In this document: one piece after another, positions 27,587 through 36,372 of the stretch
Layout of the letters: each line of letters begins with the position of its first letter
Position numbering within the stretch: position 1 is the stretch's first letter
NCBI GenBank assembly: GCA_002448715.1
Contig: DJZU01000095.1
Span: 22,179 to 86,178, forward strand
DNA: 64,000 nucleotides
Direction: 5' to 3'
From: Candidatus Neomicrothrix sp. UBA6944
GTDB lineage: Bacteria; Actinomycetota; Acidimicrobiia; Acidimicrobiales; Poriferisodalaceae
Position numbers and translations under genes: made by a program
The notes under the pieces: model-generated
The model's input: the letters and a program-made list of their open reading frames with translations, nothing else
The model's database searches: none
What the model was told of the DNA's origin: nothing

Positions 27587-27596
27587 CCTAAACAAG

Positions 27597-28241
27597 ATGC
27601 GTCTAGATCTACACACCCACTCAATAAAGTCTGATGACGGACGAGCAAAAGTTGAAAATTACTGCAAGTGGATTCAAAAGAAGCAGCTAGCTCTTGACGG
27701 ATTCGTACTTACAGAGCACAGGCAATTTGATGCCGACTCTGACTATCGCCACTTGGAAGACGAGTATGGCCTTGTCATTATGAAAGCTAGTGAAGTAGAA
27801 ACTGACTTTGGACACGTGCTCGTCTTCGGAGTTAACGACGACCTGTTAGCCGCAATGGATTTCACTGACATTCGGTTACCCATTGAGACGGTCCTTGATG
27901 AGAGTCGCAAGGCCGGCGCATTTGCAGCACCCTGTCACCCCGGCCGTAAACGAGTTGGCTTATTTGCTCACTACGAAGATCGCGGGATCGTAGAAGGTGT
28001 TGACACCGTTGAGGTTCTCAACGGAGGGTCAATACCAGGTGAGGACGAACTATCAATAGAAATGGCGGAACGCCTCGGTTATCGGGGATTTGGAGGGAGT
28101 GATAGTCACGTGGTGAGCCGCATTGGATTCTGCGCCACCGATTTCCCAAACCAACAAATTACCGATATGGGAACCCTGGTCGATGCTCTATACGGTGGTA
28201 ACTTCAGCGCCATTTCGATGCGCCCTAGGAGCGGCGATTAG
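27597..28241 (+). CDS. PHP-domain metal-dependent phosphoesterase
   Basis: MRLDLHTHSIKSDDG N-terminus, plus later CHPG and GGSDSH motifs. The start at ATG 27597 is preferred over 27492. Confidence 0.75.
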   Translation: MRLDLHTHSIKSDDGRAKVENYCKWIQKKQLALDGFVLTEHRQFDADSDYRHLEDEYGLVIMKASEVETDFGHVLVFGVNDDLLAAMDFTDIRLPIETVLDESRKAGAFAAPCHPGRKRVGLFAHYEDRGIVEGVDTVEVLNGGSIPGEDELSIEMAERLGYRGFGGSDSHVVSRIGFCATDFPNQQITDMGTLVDALYGGNFSAISMRPRSGD

Positions 28242-29311
28242 GCGACATGAGCCACCGTCCGCCTCACGAGGTCAGACAACCGCAGTTCGGCTACCCCACT
28301 CAAGCTGGTCTGCACGCGACCACCCCAAGGCCCCGTCCACTCCTCCGGTACTTCTCTACCTGTCAGGCCCCAAAGTCCGCCCACCGTTGCGCCGTTACAG
28401 TCGGTGTCCCAACCGGCAGAGACAGTGTCCCCTATGGCGATACTGAAATTCTCAGCCCCTCGAGCCAAGCCCCACGCGACCAGAGCCAGGTTGTTTACCG
28501 TATGCACTGGTGACAATCCCTCGTAAGCGGCGTGGATGCGAGTCGCATTTGGACTTGATGCTTCCGCGAGGCCAAGGGCTATGGCTTGCGAACACTCAGA
28601 CCCGGCTGGGAGAAAGTCGGCCGCGCTCTCAAGCGCCTCCTTAATCTCCATGCCGCCGCCTATCAAGGCTCCAACAACTGCTATCGCGACCGCACCATAA
28701 ACACCTTCTCCTCGGTGACTCAAAGATGCATCTCGTTCGGCCATGTTCGCAGCGCGCTCTGGGTCCCCTGGGTTCACCCACCCGTAAAGATCTGTACGGA
28801 TTTGGGCTCCAATCCAATCGTTGAAGGGATTGTCGCTGCACTCCCCCAGCTCCATTTTAGGCTCGGCACCATATGGAAAACGCATACCAGCGAACGCTAG
28901 AAGCTTTGCGTAAGCCTCACGTTCAGCTGTAAAGACCATCGCCCCTGGCAAATAACGAAGCCAGATCCGCCCAACATCCGCGGTGGTGAAGTCAGGACCG
29001 TATTCTTCGAGGAGAAGAAGTGAAATCACCGTGTAGTTGATGTCATCGTCCGGTATGGCCGCCGACATCATGTCTCGACATGCAGCGGGGTGTTCTACGT
29101 GGTCATCGACGTCAGGCGCAAACGGTATGTACTCTCGCACCGGCCAAGCCTTGACCCGATCGAGGTAATTCTCGAGGTTCGCTGGACCCTTTCGCATCGA
29201 CATCTGTTCGATTGGCTTGCCCAGCATGCAGCCAGTAACCCTGCCGGCCCAGGCCTGTGCGATACGTTGCTCATGATCGTTGACTAGTGGGACACCCATG
29301 GGGTTAATCAT
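28238..29311 (-). CDS. ADP-ribosylglycohydrolase family protein
   Basis: GWDTDCNGATVGGLWG is a C-terminal metal-site motif, and the N-terminus reads GRVTGCMLGKPIE. The start is taken at ATG 29311. The longer 29536 start overlaps the divergent MaoC gene. Confidence 0.8.
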   Translation of the reverse strand: MINPMGVPLVNDHEQRIAQAWAGRVTGCMLGKPIEQMSMRKGPANLENYLDRVKAWPVREYIPFAPDVDDHVEHPAACRDMMSAAIPDDDINYTVISLLLLEEYGPDFTTADVGRIWLRYLPGAMVFTAEREAYAKLLAFAGMRFPYGAEPKMELGECSDNPFNDWIGAQIRTDLYGWVNPGDPERAANMAERDASLSHRGEGVYGAVAIAVVGALIGGGMEIKEALESAADFLPAGSECSQAIALGLAEASSPNATRIHAAYEGLSPVHTVNNLALVAWGLARGAENFSIAIGDTVSAGWDTDCNGATVGGLWGLTGREVPEEWTGPWGGRVQTSLSGVAELRLSDLVRRTVAHVA

Positions 29312-29361
29312 TACCTGATTCAACGAAATTTGTCGTTGAGTGTTACCTTTCGGCTGGGTAC

Positions 29362-29853
29362 ATGCCCTACGGACCTGAAGCGGAGATGACTCAACCGATG
29401 GATGACGAGAACTCGAAAGCCGACCTAGCAACAGTGCGCGAACAATGGGTTGGTATCGAATTTGACTGGACAACATTTGAGATGTCGGCACCGAGCATGG
29501 TGGCTTGGGCTGAAGCGTGCGGAGAGACGGATCCACGTTTCACTGATCCAAATCATCACGATTTTCAAGCGCACCCGGGATTTACAACCCATTGCATGTC
29601 GGGGAGGGTGTTTCCCAAGGAGTTCCCTCAAATTGGAGGCGGATTCGGTATTGACGGTGGCAAACGTGTAGAGGTCCATGCCCCGATTCGTTCGGGTGAA
29701 ACGTTAACGGCGACCACCACCATCGCCGATATCTTCGAGAAGACTGGCCGAAGCGGAACGATGATCTTCATAGTGCAGCGGATGGAGTTTCGTAATGAGG
29801 CCGACGATCTAGTCTCCACAGTTGACTGGAAAATGATCAAAAAGGCTGAATGA
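29362..29853 (+). CDS. Hotdog-fold MaoC-like hydratase subunit (N-terminal-type)
   Basis: 163 aa. It overlaps the second MaoC gene (ATGA). Confidence 0.7.
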   Translation: MPYGPEAEMTQPMDDENSKADLATVREQWVGIEFDWTTFEMSAPSMVAWAEACGETDPRFTDPNHHDFQAHPGFTTHCMSGRVFPKEFPQIGGGFGIDGGKRVEVHAPIRSGETLTATTTIADIFEKTGRSGTMIFIVQRMEFRNEADDLVSTVDWKMIKKAE

Positions 29854-30272
29854 GTGTGACGCAGATAGCGAAATTTGAAGACCTAGAAATCGGAGACGAC
29901 CTGCCTGAAGAGTCGCCGGACGTTTCTATGCCAAAGGTCATGGCGTTTTGTCAGGCCGCGAAACACGTCTTTGAGCGCTTCGTTGACCATGAAGCTGCTC
30001 GAAAAGAAGGATTTCCCGCAGCGATCGTTCCTGGGATTATGAGTCAGGGTTTCCTGGCGTCGATGATTCACCGCTGGGCACCAGGATGCAAGATTTTGGA
30101 AATCGACACCGTCTTTCGAGGTTCACTTCTCGTCGATTCCAAGATCACTATGACCGGAGCAGTTACAGACACCGATGAGGAAGCACTAATAGTAGAACTC
30201 GATCTGGCAATCATCGCCGAAGACGGACGCACCGGGGTAATCGGCACAGCACGAGTGCAATTCGAACGATAA
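29850..30272 (+). CDS. MaoC-domain (R)-specific enoyl-CoA hydratase subunit
   Basis: 140 aa. VDHEAARKEGFPAAIVPGIM is a typical MaoC active-site region. Confidence 0.8.
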   Translation: MSVTQIAKFEDLEIGDDLPEESPDVSMPKVMAFCQAAKHVFERFVDHEAARKEGFPAAIVPGIMSQGFLASMIHRWAPGCKILEIDTVFRGSLLVDSKITMTGAVTDTDEEALIVELDLAIIAEDGRTGVIGTARVQFER

Positions 30273-30291
30273 GAGAGGAAGAGTTAGAGCA

Positions 30292-30945
30292 ATGGCCCTC
30301 GATTTAAGCGCTGAGGAGGTATTGACCACAACCCGTTCGGTGAGGCGACGTCTCAATTTAGAGAAAGAAGTCAGCCAAGAGGTGCTCAAGGACTGCTTGG
30401 ATATCGCTCTCCAAGCTCCAACTGGTTCCTTAAGGCAAGACTGGCATTTCGTGGTTTCCACCGACAGAGAGCAATGTCGGGAGGTAGGCACTATTTATAA
30501 AGAAGTCTGGACGGCCATGGTTACGGAGGAGTATCTCGATGCCTCTGCTTCGAAGCAAGGAGAGGAGGGTGATCGAGCATCGTGGCTCAACATGATGGGC
30601 TCAGCTCGTCACCTAGCGGAGACCTTTCCCGACGTGCCAGCGATATTCGTTCCGTGTATTACCGGCAGACTTGAAGGAACCGATGCCATGACGCAGGCCG
30701 TTAAGTGGGGTTCAGTGATCCAGGCAGCATGGAGTTTTATGCTTGCCGCCCGAAACCGTGGGCTCGGGACTTGCTGGACGACCGTGCATCTTCAACGAGA
30801 GAAGGAAGTAGCCGACATTCTCGGAATTCCCTTTGCGAGTATCCAACAAGTTGCTCTGAGCCCAGTTGCCTACACATTAGGAACGGACTTCAAGGCCGGT
30901 CGGAGAAAGCCTTCCGCAGATTTCGTCCACTTCAACGGTTGGTGA
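30292..30945 (+). CDS. Nitroreductase family protein
   Basis: TTRSVRRRL...APTGSLRQDWHFVV N-terminal motif. 217 aa. Confidence 0.8.
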   Translation: MALDLSAEEVLTTTRSVRRRLNLEKEVSQEVLKDCLDIALQAPTGSLRQDWHFVVSTDREQCREVGTIYKEVWTAMVTEEYLDASASKQGEEGDRASWLNMMGSARHLAETFPDVPAIFVPCITGRLEGTDAMTQAVKWGSVIQAAWSFMLAARNRGLGTCWTTVHLQREKEVADILGIPFASIQQVALSPVAYTLGTDFKAGRRKPSADFVHFNGW

Positions 30946-30946
30946 G

Positions 30947-32158
30947 ATGGATCTCTCTAGTAAAGATGCGGACGAAATGCGGCAGTGGGTGAAGGAGCAC
31001 TGGGACCCTTCGGGCGATCTTGTGTCTTGGCGGACACAGTTGGCTGAAAGCGGCTGGGGTGCACCTTCTTGGCCGGAGCAGTGGTTCGGTCGCGGCCTTA
31101 CTGCGGGGAGCGACAAGGTAAGTCGCCAGATCCTCTACGACTCGGGCGCGGTCGGTATGGCCTCCGGTGTGAGCATGTATCTGGTTGCGCCGACCTTGTT
31201 GGAGTGGGCGACAGAGCCGCAACTCCAACGCTTTCTCCTTCCCATTCTGACGGGGAGCCACAAATGGTGTCAGCTATTTAGCGAACCTGGAGCCGGTTCT
31301 GATTTAGCGAGCCTCGCGACACGAGCGGAGCGAGACGGGGACGAATGGGTGATCTCTGGACAAAAGGTCTGGAATTCGGGTGCTCAAAAAGCTGACTACG
31401 GCATTTTGCTTGCGCGCACTGACTTCACCGCCACGAAACACCAGGGAATATCGTTCTTTCTCCTCCCAATGAAGCAGGCTGCCGTCGAAGTGCGTCCCCT
31501 TCACCAGATGAATGGCCACTCCTCTTTTAACGAAGTGTTTTTTGACGAAGCGCGCCTTCCGCATGAAAACCTGATTGCATCGCAGGGAGATGGATGGAGA
31601 GTAGCGCTCACCACTCTCGCTCACGAACGCAGTGCTGTGGCTACGCCCCGCCCAAAGTTCCCTTTGAGCACTAGCCCTTTAGTCATGGCAGCGAAGACGG
31701 AAGCCGACGAGTACTTCGCCACCTATAGCTGGTATCCGCAACGTGCTGGCCGACCGCGCCTAGTGGAGCCGCAGGCGCGGCTTCTCGGTAAATCACAGAT
31801 TCCCCGTGTGCGCCAGCTCGTCGCGGAAGTAGAAACGCTGCAACGAACTTCCCGGTGGACTACACAACGTGCTGGCGCAGCCCGATCGGCTGGGCGAGCA
31901 CCAGGCCCAGAAGGATCTGTTGCGAAGCTAAACATGAGCATGACAGCCATGAAGAGTGCCGCTGCACATGCCGCGATTTTGGAAACGACCGGGGTCCTAA
32001 GCGGGAGTAGCGTTTCGCCCCATGAGGTCCTCGCTGAGGTCCTAATCTCAACACCTGCTCAATCGATCGCGGGCGGTACCGACGAAATTCAGAAGAACAT
32101 CCTCGCTGAAAGGGTGCTAGGTCTACCCAAAGAACCTCGCCCTGGGGACAAAGAATAA
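30947..32158 (+). CDS. Acyl-CoA dehydrogenase family protein (paralog of 23857..25116)
   Basis: FSEPGAGSDLAS, ISGQKVWNSGA and AGGTDEIQKNILAERVLGLPKE are present. It shares the N-terminal SGWGAPSWPEQWFGRGL motif with its paralog. Confidence 0.85.
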   Translation: MDLSSKDADEMRQWVKEHWDPSGDLVSWRTQLAESGWGAPSWPEQWFGRGLTAGSDKVSRQILYDSGAVGMASGVSMYLVAPTLLEWATEPQLQRFLLPILTGSHKWCQLFSEPGAGSDLASLATRAERDGDEWVISGQKVWNSGAQKADYGILLARTDFTATKHQGISFFLLPMKQAAVEVRPLHQMNGHSSFNEVFFDEARLPHENLIASQGDGWRVALTTLAHERSAVATPRPKFPLSTSPLVMAAKTEADEYFATYSWYPQRAGRPRLVEPQARLLGKSQIPRVRQLVAEVETLQRTSRWTTQRAGAARSAGRAPGPEGSVAKLNMSMTAMKSAAAHAAILETTGVLSGSSVSPHEVLAEVLISTPAQSIAGGTDEIQKNILAERVLGLPKEPRPGDKE

Positions 32159-32201
32159 GATAAGAGCACGCCAGATTAAATCGAGGACTGACAGGACCGC
32201 T

Positions 32202-32648
32202 ATGGCTTCGCAATCGCTCTCATCCAACGTGAACTGGATCCAGTTCCCGGGTTTCGCCGGTTTGTATTACAACGTTTTAGACGTTGATCCGGAGGATCAC
32301 TTTGTTCAACTTCTCATGAAGTTTGAACCCGGAGTTCAGTGCGTCCCACATCGCCATATCGGTCCCGTCCAGACATTAGTCCTGGAAGGGGAGCACCTGA
32401 TTTTTGAAGTGGACGACCCCGCAAAACTCATCGATCGCCGCGCCGCCGGTACCTATTCCTCCCACAACGGCGACGAAGCCCACATTGAGGGAGGCGGCGA
32501 TGATGGAGCCGTTGTTTTGCTGTCTATGGAAGCAAAGAACGGCCAAATCTGGGAGACGTACGACACCGAGCTGAAAGTCGAGCGGGTATCTGTACCTGAC
32601 GATTTCAGACGCGGTCTACGAAAACAGTCAGCTAAGGATTCAATATAG
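32202..32648 (+). CDS. Cupin-domain protein
   Basis: 148 aa. CVPHRHIGPVQTLVLEGE is a cupin metal motif region. Confidence 0.6.
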   Translation: MASQSLSSNVNWIQFPGFAGLYYNVLDVDPEDHFVQLLMKFEPGVQCVPHRHIGPVQTLVLEGEHLIFEVDDPAKLIDRRAAGTYSSHNGDEAHIEGGGDDGAVVLLSMEAKNGQIWETYDTELKVERVSVPDDFRRGLRKQSAKDSI

Positions 32649-33536
32649 ATGACGACTGCTGATCGAGTTTTGGTGCGACGCTTCGCGCGGGCTGCCGAAC
32701 CGCTTCATTCTTGCAGCTACTACGCAGACGAAATCACTCAGTTCGACCGGGTCGGCTACAGCGGCTGGTGGCACGCATACTTTGCCTATCGATCCGCGCC
32801 ACTGGGCCCGGCCTCATCCGCGGAAGTAACAGAGGTGTTCTACAACTTCGCTCCCAGAATGGTGGCGCGAGCGGTACCTGGCTGTTGGGACATTCTTAAC
32901 CCCCGGCAGACAAGAACTATGCATCTTGAACTCGTTGAGGCAGCACTCTCCCGAATCTTCAATGAATACAATTTCATCGCACCTTTAGATCCACTCGTGG
33001 ATTCTTTGAGAACCGGACTCACCGGACTCAACTCAGAAGATAGACCTCTCTTCGGTGCATGGGCAGACGAATCATGGCCTCAGAGCTCCTTATTAGGGTT
33101 GTGGCATGCGAGCACACTATTAAGGGAGTACCGCTTCGACGCACACAATCTGGCACTGCGAAACGCCGGTATTTCAGGATTAGGGAGCCATCTGCTTATG
33201 GCTGCAGATGGAAGAGGAACCCCTCAAGTAATCCAAAAGATCCGAGGCTGGACACAACAGGAATGGGACAGTGAAGCCTCTCTACTACATGAGCGAGGGT
33301 GGCTGGACTCAACGATGGGTTATACCGAGCTTGGACGCACCGAACGCAAGCTAATAGAAAGTGAAACAGACAACGGGTGTCTGGAACTTTGCTCGGCATT
33401 GGATAAATCAACGCTGACAAACGCACTCAGCGTCCTCGAAGCGATCGCACAATATCTGATCGAATTCGACGTGGTGCCGGGCCGCTGGCCGCCAGCGCAT
33501 TTAGGTAAGTTAGATCCCTCCACGAACCAAGATTGA
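32649..33536 (+). CDS. Conserved hypothetical protein (resembles actinobacterial proteins of unknown function)
   Basis: 295-aa ORF with good coding appearance. Its ATG directly abuts the cupin TAG stop. I recognise no catalytic motif. Confidence 0.5.
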   Translation: MTTADRVLVRRFARAAEPLHSCSYYADEITQFDRVGYSGWWHAYFAYRSAPLGPASSAEVTEVFYNFAPRMVARAVPGCWDILNPRQTRTMHLELVEAALSRIFNEYNFIAPLDPLVDSLRTGLTGLNSEDRPLFGAWADESWPQSSLLGLWHASTLLREYRFDAHNLALRNAGISGLGSHLLMAADGRGTPQVIQKIRGWTQQEWDSEASLLHERGWLDSTMGYTELGRTERKLIESETDNGCLELCSALDKSTLTNALSVLEAIAQYLIEFDVVPGRWPPAHLGKLDPSTNQD

Positions 33537-33568
33537 CGGTAAATTAGGTTCAGTTTTCGAGACGAGCG

Positions 33569-35287
33569 GTGACCGACTTGACCCAAAATTCACTCACCCC
33601 AAGTGAGGCAGGAGATCCAGAGCGCTCCGATTTCGTGCGGGAACTAGTGTCAGAGGATCTTGACAACGGCCGCTTCAGTCGAGGCATCCAAACAAGATTT
33701 CCCCCTGAACCCAACGGTTATCTACACATTGGCCATGCAAAGGCGATCGTCCTCAACTTCTCGATCGCGCGTGAGAACGGCGGCGTATGCGTGTTGCGAT
33801 TCGACGATACCAACCCCGCCACCGAAGACCAGCGTTACGTGGATGCAATCGTCGAAGATATCGAATGGCTGGGTTACACCCCAAATTCGATTAATTACTC
33901 TTCGGATTACTTCCCGCAGCTTTACGAATGGGCCGAGATGCTGATCTCAAAAGGCCTCGCCTACGTCGATGATCAATCCGCTGAAGAAATAGCAGAACAA
34001 CGCGGAGGATTTGGGCGACCGGGCATTGAAAGCCCTTATAGAGACAGAAAACCCGGCGAAAATCTCAAATTGTTTCGGGAAATGAAGGACGGGGTACACC
34101 CCGAAGGATCATGTGTTCTTCGCGCAAAGATCGACATGCAGCACGAAAATATGCAGCTCAGGGACCCGGTGATGTACAGGATTCGAGACCAACATCACTA
34201 TCGGACCCGAGACACATGGAAGATTTACCCAAGCTACGACTGGGCACATGGTCAGGGTGACGCCCTCGAGGGGGTCACCCATTCGCTGTGCAGTCTTGAA
34301 TTTTCCGACAACCGGGCACTATACGAGTGGTACTTACGGCAACTTCCGTTGGAGGGCGAAGCGCCATACCAGACGGAGTTTGCCCGGCTAGAACTCACTT
34401 ACACCGTTACATCCAAACGACGATTGAAAGAGCTTGTCGATGACGGACACGTCGCTGGGTGGGACGACCCTCGCCTCCCAACGTTGCGAGCTCTTAGGCG
34501 CCGCGGATACCCGGCGAGCGCAATCCGTGAATTCTGCGCGTTTGTTGGTGTATCTCGAACTAATTCACGCCACGACATCGAACTGCTTGAGTCATTCGTG
34601 CGCACTGAACTCAACCGGACGGCTCAACGCCGAATGGCCGTCTTGCGTCCTCTGAAACTAGTCATAACCAACTGGCCCGACGATGAGAACGGCAAACCAG
34701 TGGTCGAACACCGGACTCTGGCCAACAATCCCGAAAACCATGACGACGGAACGCGGAAAGTACCGTTTAGCCGCGACTTGTGGATAGAACAGGACGACTT
34801 TCGCATGGAGCCGCCACCTAAATACTTCAGGCTCTCGCCGGGTACCGAAGTGCGACTTCGAGGCGGCTATCTAGTGACCTGCACTGAAGCCATATGCGAC
34901 GAAGCAGGAAACCCTCTTGAAGTTCACTGCACATACGACCCTGCGACCGCAGGAGGCTCAGCGCCAGATGGACGCAAAGTCAAATCGACGATCCATTGGG
35001 TGGACGCAAGCAACGCGGTAGATGGCTCAGTAGCGCTTTATGAGCGTCTATTTAAAGAAAAGGTTCCCGGCGAAACAACAGGCGACCCACTAGATGATCT
35101 TGACCCAAATTCGCTCGAGATACTTCAGGGATGCAAGTTCGAACAATCATTATCGGGTGTGGCCCCCAGCGAAGTTGTTCAGTTCGAGCGTCTTGGCTAC
35201 TTCGCCGCGGACTCCGAGGCACATGGCCATTTTCATCGTACAGTCGGACTACGCGACGAGTGGGCCCGACTCCAGAAACAAAAGTAA
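33569..35287 (+). CDS. glnS: Glutamine--tRNA ligase
   Basis: HIGH motif PEPNGYLHIGHAKA and KMSKS-type VTSKRRL are present. YDWAHG and the C-terminal anticodon-binding beta-barrels fit GlnRS. 572 aa. Confidence 0.9.
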   Translation: MTDLTQNSLTPSEAGDPERSDFVRELVSEDLDNGRFSRGIQTRFPPEPNGYLHIGHAKAIVLNFSIARENGGVCVLRFDDTNPATEDQRYVDAIVEDIEWLGYTPNSINYSSDYFPQLYEWAEMLISKGLAYVDDQSAEEIAEQRGGFGRPGIESPYRDRKPGENLKLFREMKDGVHPEGSCVLRAKIDMQHENMQLRDPVMYRIRDQHHYRTRDTWKIYPSYDWAHGQGDALEGVTHSLCSLEFSDNRALYEWYLRQLPLEGEAPYQTEFARLELTYTVTSKRRLKELVDDGHVAGWDDPRLPTLRALRRRGYPASAIREFCAFVGVSRTNSRHDIELLESFVRTELNRTAQRRMAVLRPLKLVITNWPDDENGKPVVEHRTLANNPENHDDGTRKVPFSRDLWIEQDDFRMEPPPKYFRLSPGTEVRLRGGYLVTCTEAICDEAGNPLEVHCTYDPATAGGSAPDGRKVKSTIHWVDASNAVDGSVALYERLFKEKVPGETTGDPLDDLDPNSLEILQGCKFEQSLSGVAPSEVVQFERLGYFAADSEAHGHFHRTVGLRDEWARLQKQK

Positions 35288-35297
35288 GGGGAGCATT

Positions 35298-36053
35298 GTG
35301 GCCACTGACAGCCATGAAAACGTGGCGATCATTACTGGTGGTGGAACCGGTGTGGGGGCCGCCACGGCATCCGCACTGAATAAGCGCGGTTGGTTGATTG
35401 TCCTGTGTGGGAGACGAACGGAGCCACTGGAAGAGGTTTCGCAAAGTATCGGCGAGGGAGTTCAACCTGTTGTGGCGGACGTGTCGGATCCACACGACGT
35501 CGAACACTTATTTGGTTCCGCCGTCGAGGCCTACGGGCGAGTTGATCTTCTGTTCAACAACGCTGGGATTGGTGCGCCTCCGGTTCCCATCGAGGAACAA
35601 TCTGTAGAGCAATGGCGCTCTGTCGTTGACATCAACCTGACTGGGTCTTGGTTGTGTGCACGTGCGGCCTTTAAGCAGATGAAGGCCCAGACGCCGCACG
35701 GCGGCAGGATAATCAATAACGGGTCAGTGTCAGCTCAGACTCCTCGCCCATTCTCCACGCCGTACACCGCCACTAAGCACGCCGTCACAGGGTTAACCAA
35801 AGCTCTTTCTCTGGAGGGCCGTGATTTAGGCATAACCGTCGGACAGATCGATATAGGCAACGCTGCGACACCACTCACAGCGCGGATGAGTTCGGGCGTA
35901 CTACAAGCCAATGGAGAAACTACTGCCGAGGCAACTATGAAAGTCGAAGACGTAGGAGAAGCCGTTGCCCTCATGGCCGAGCTGCCTGCAGATGCCAATA
36001 TTTTGCAAATGACGATAATGGCGAACGGGATGCCTCTGGTTGGTCGGGGCTAG
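35298..36053 (+). CDS. Short-chain dehydrogenase/reductase
   Basis: ITGGGTGVGAA and YTATKHA (YxxxK) are present. GTG at 35298 is chosen because the 35094 start in the track overlaps glnS. Confidence 0.88.
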   Translation: MATDSHENVAIITGGGTGVGAATASALNKRGWLIVLCGRRTEPLEEVSQSIGEGVQPVVADVSDPHDVEHLFGSAVEAYGRVDLLFNNAGIGAPPVPIEEQSVEQWRSVVDINLTGSWLCARAAFKQMKAQTPHGGRIINNGSVSAQTPRPFSTPYTATKHAVTGLTKALSLEGRDLGITVGQIDIGNAATPLTARMSSGVLQANGETTAEATMKVEDVGEAVALMAELPADANILQMTIMANGMPLVGRG

Positions 36054-36065
36054 AGTGCCCGGCGC

Positions 36066-36350
36066 TCACCCTTCGATTATGTATAGCGACCCTGTGCTGG
36101 CCTCTTGACGTAAGGGGCGAGCAGCCGAGTATTCGACACTGTTGTACCAAGCCTTCGCCGCTTCCATTGAGGGAAAACGAATAATGACGTTTCGCGTCGG
36201 CGGCTCTTTGCCTTCCATGGTGATCCAGTCTCCGCCTCTAACCAGATAGGATCCCCCGTGCCGCTCTACCGAGTCTGCGGCAAGAGGCTTGTACTGCTCG
36301 TATAGGTGTGCGTCAGCAACCTCCCCTTGGAACACTACATATGCAGTCAT
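36066..36350 (-). CDS. DUF1330-family protein
   Basis: MTAYVVFQGEV...YLVRGG...FPSMEAAKAWYNSVEY is the typical DUF1330 pattern. The start is the ATG at 36350. Confidence 0.6.
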   Translation of the reverse strand: MTAYVVFQGEVADAHLYEQYKPLAADSVERHGGSYLVRGGDWITMEGKEPPTRNVIIRFPSMEAAKAWYNSVEYSAARPLRQEASTGSLYIIEG

Positions 36351-36372
36351 GTGAACCTCCTCGGTCAACGGC

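Noticed and set aside
35094-35297. Upstream extension of the SDR ORF overlapping the glnS 3' end
   Set aside because: The glnS frame is clearly coding here. The SDR Rossmann motif begins right after the GTG at 35298.
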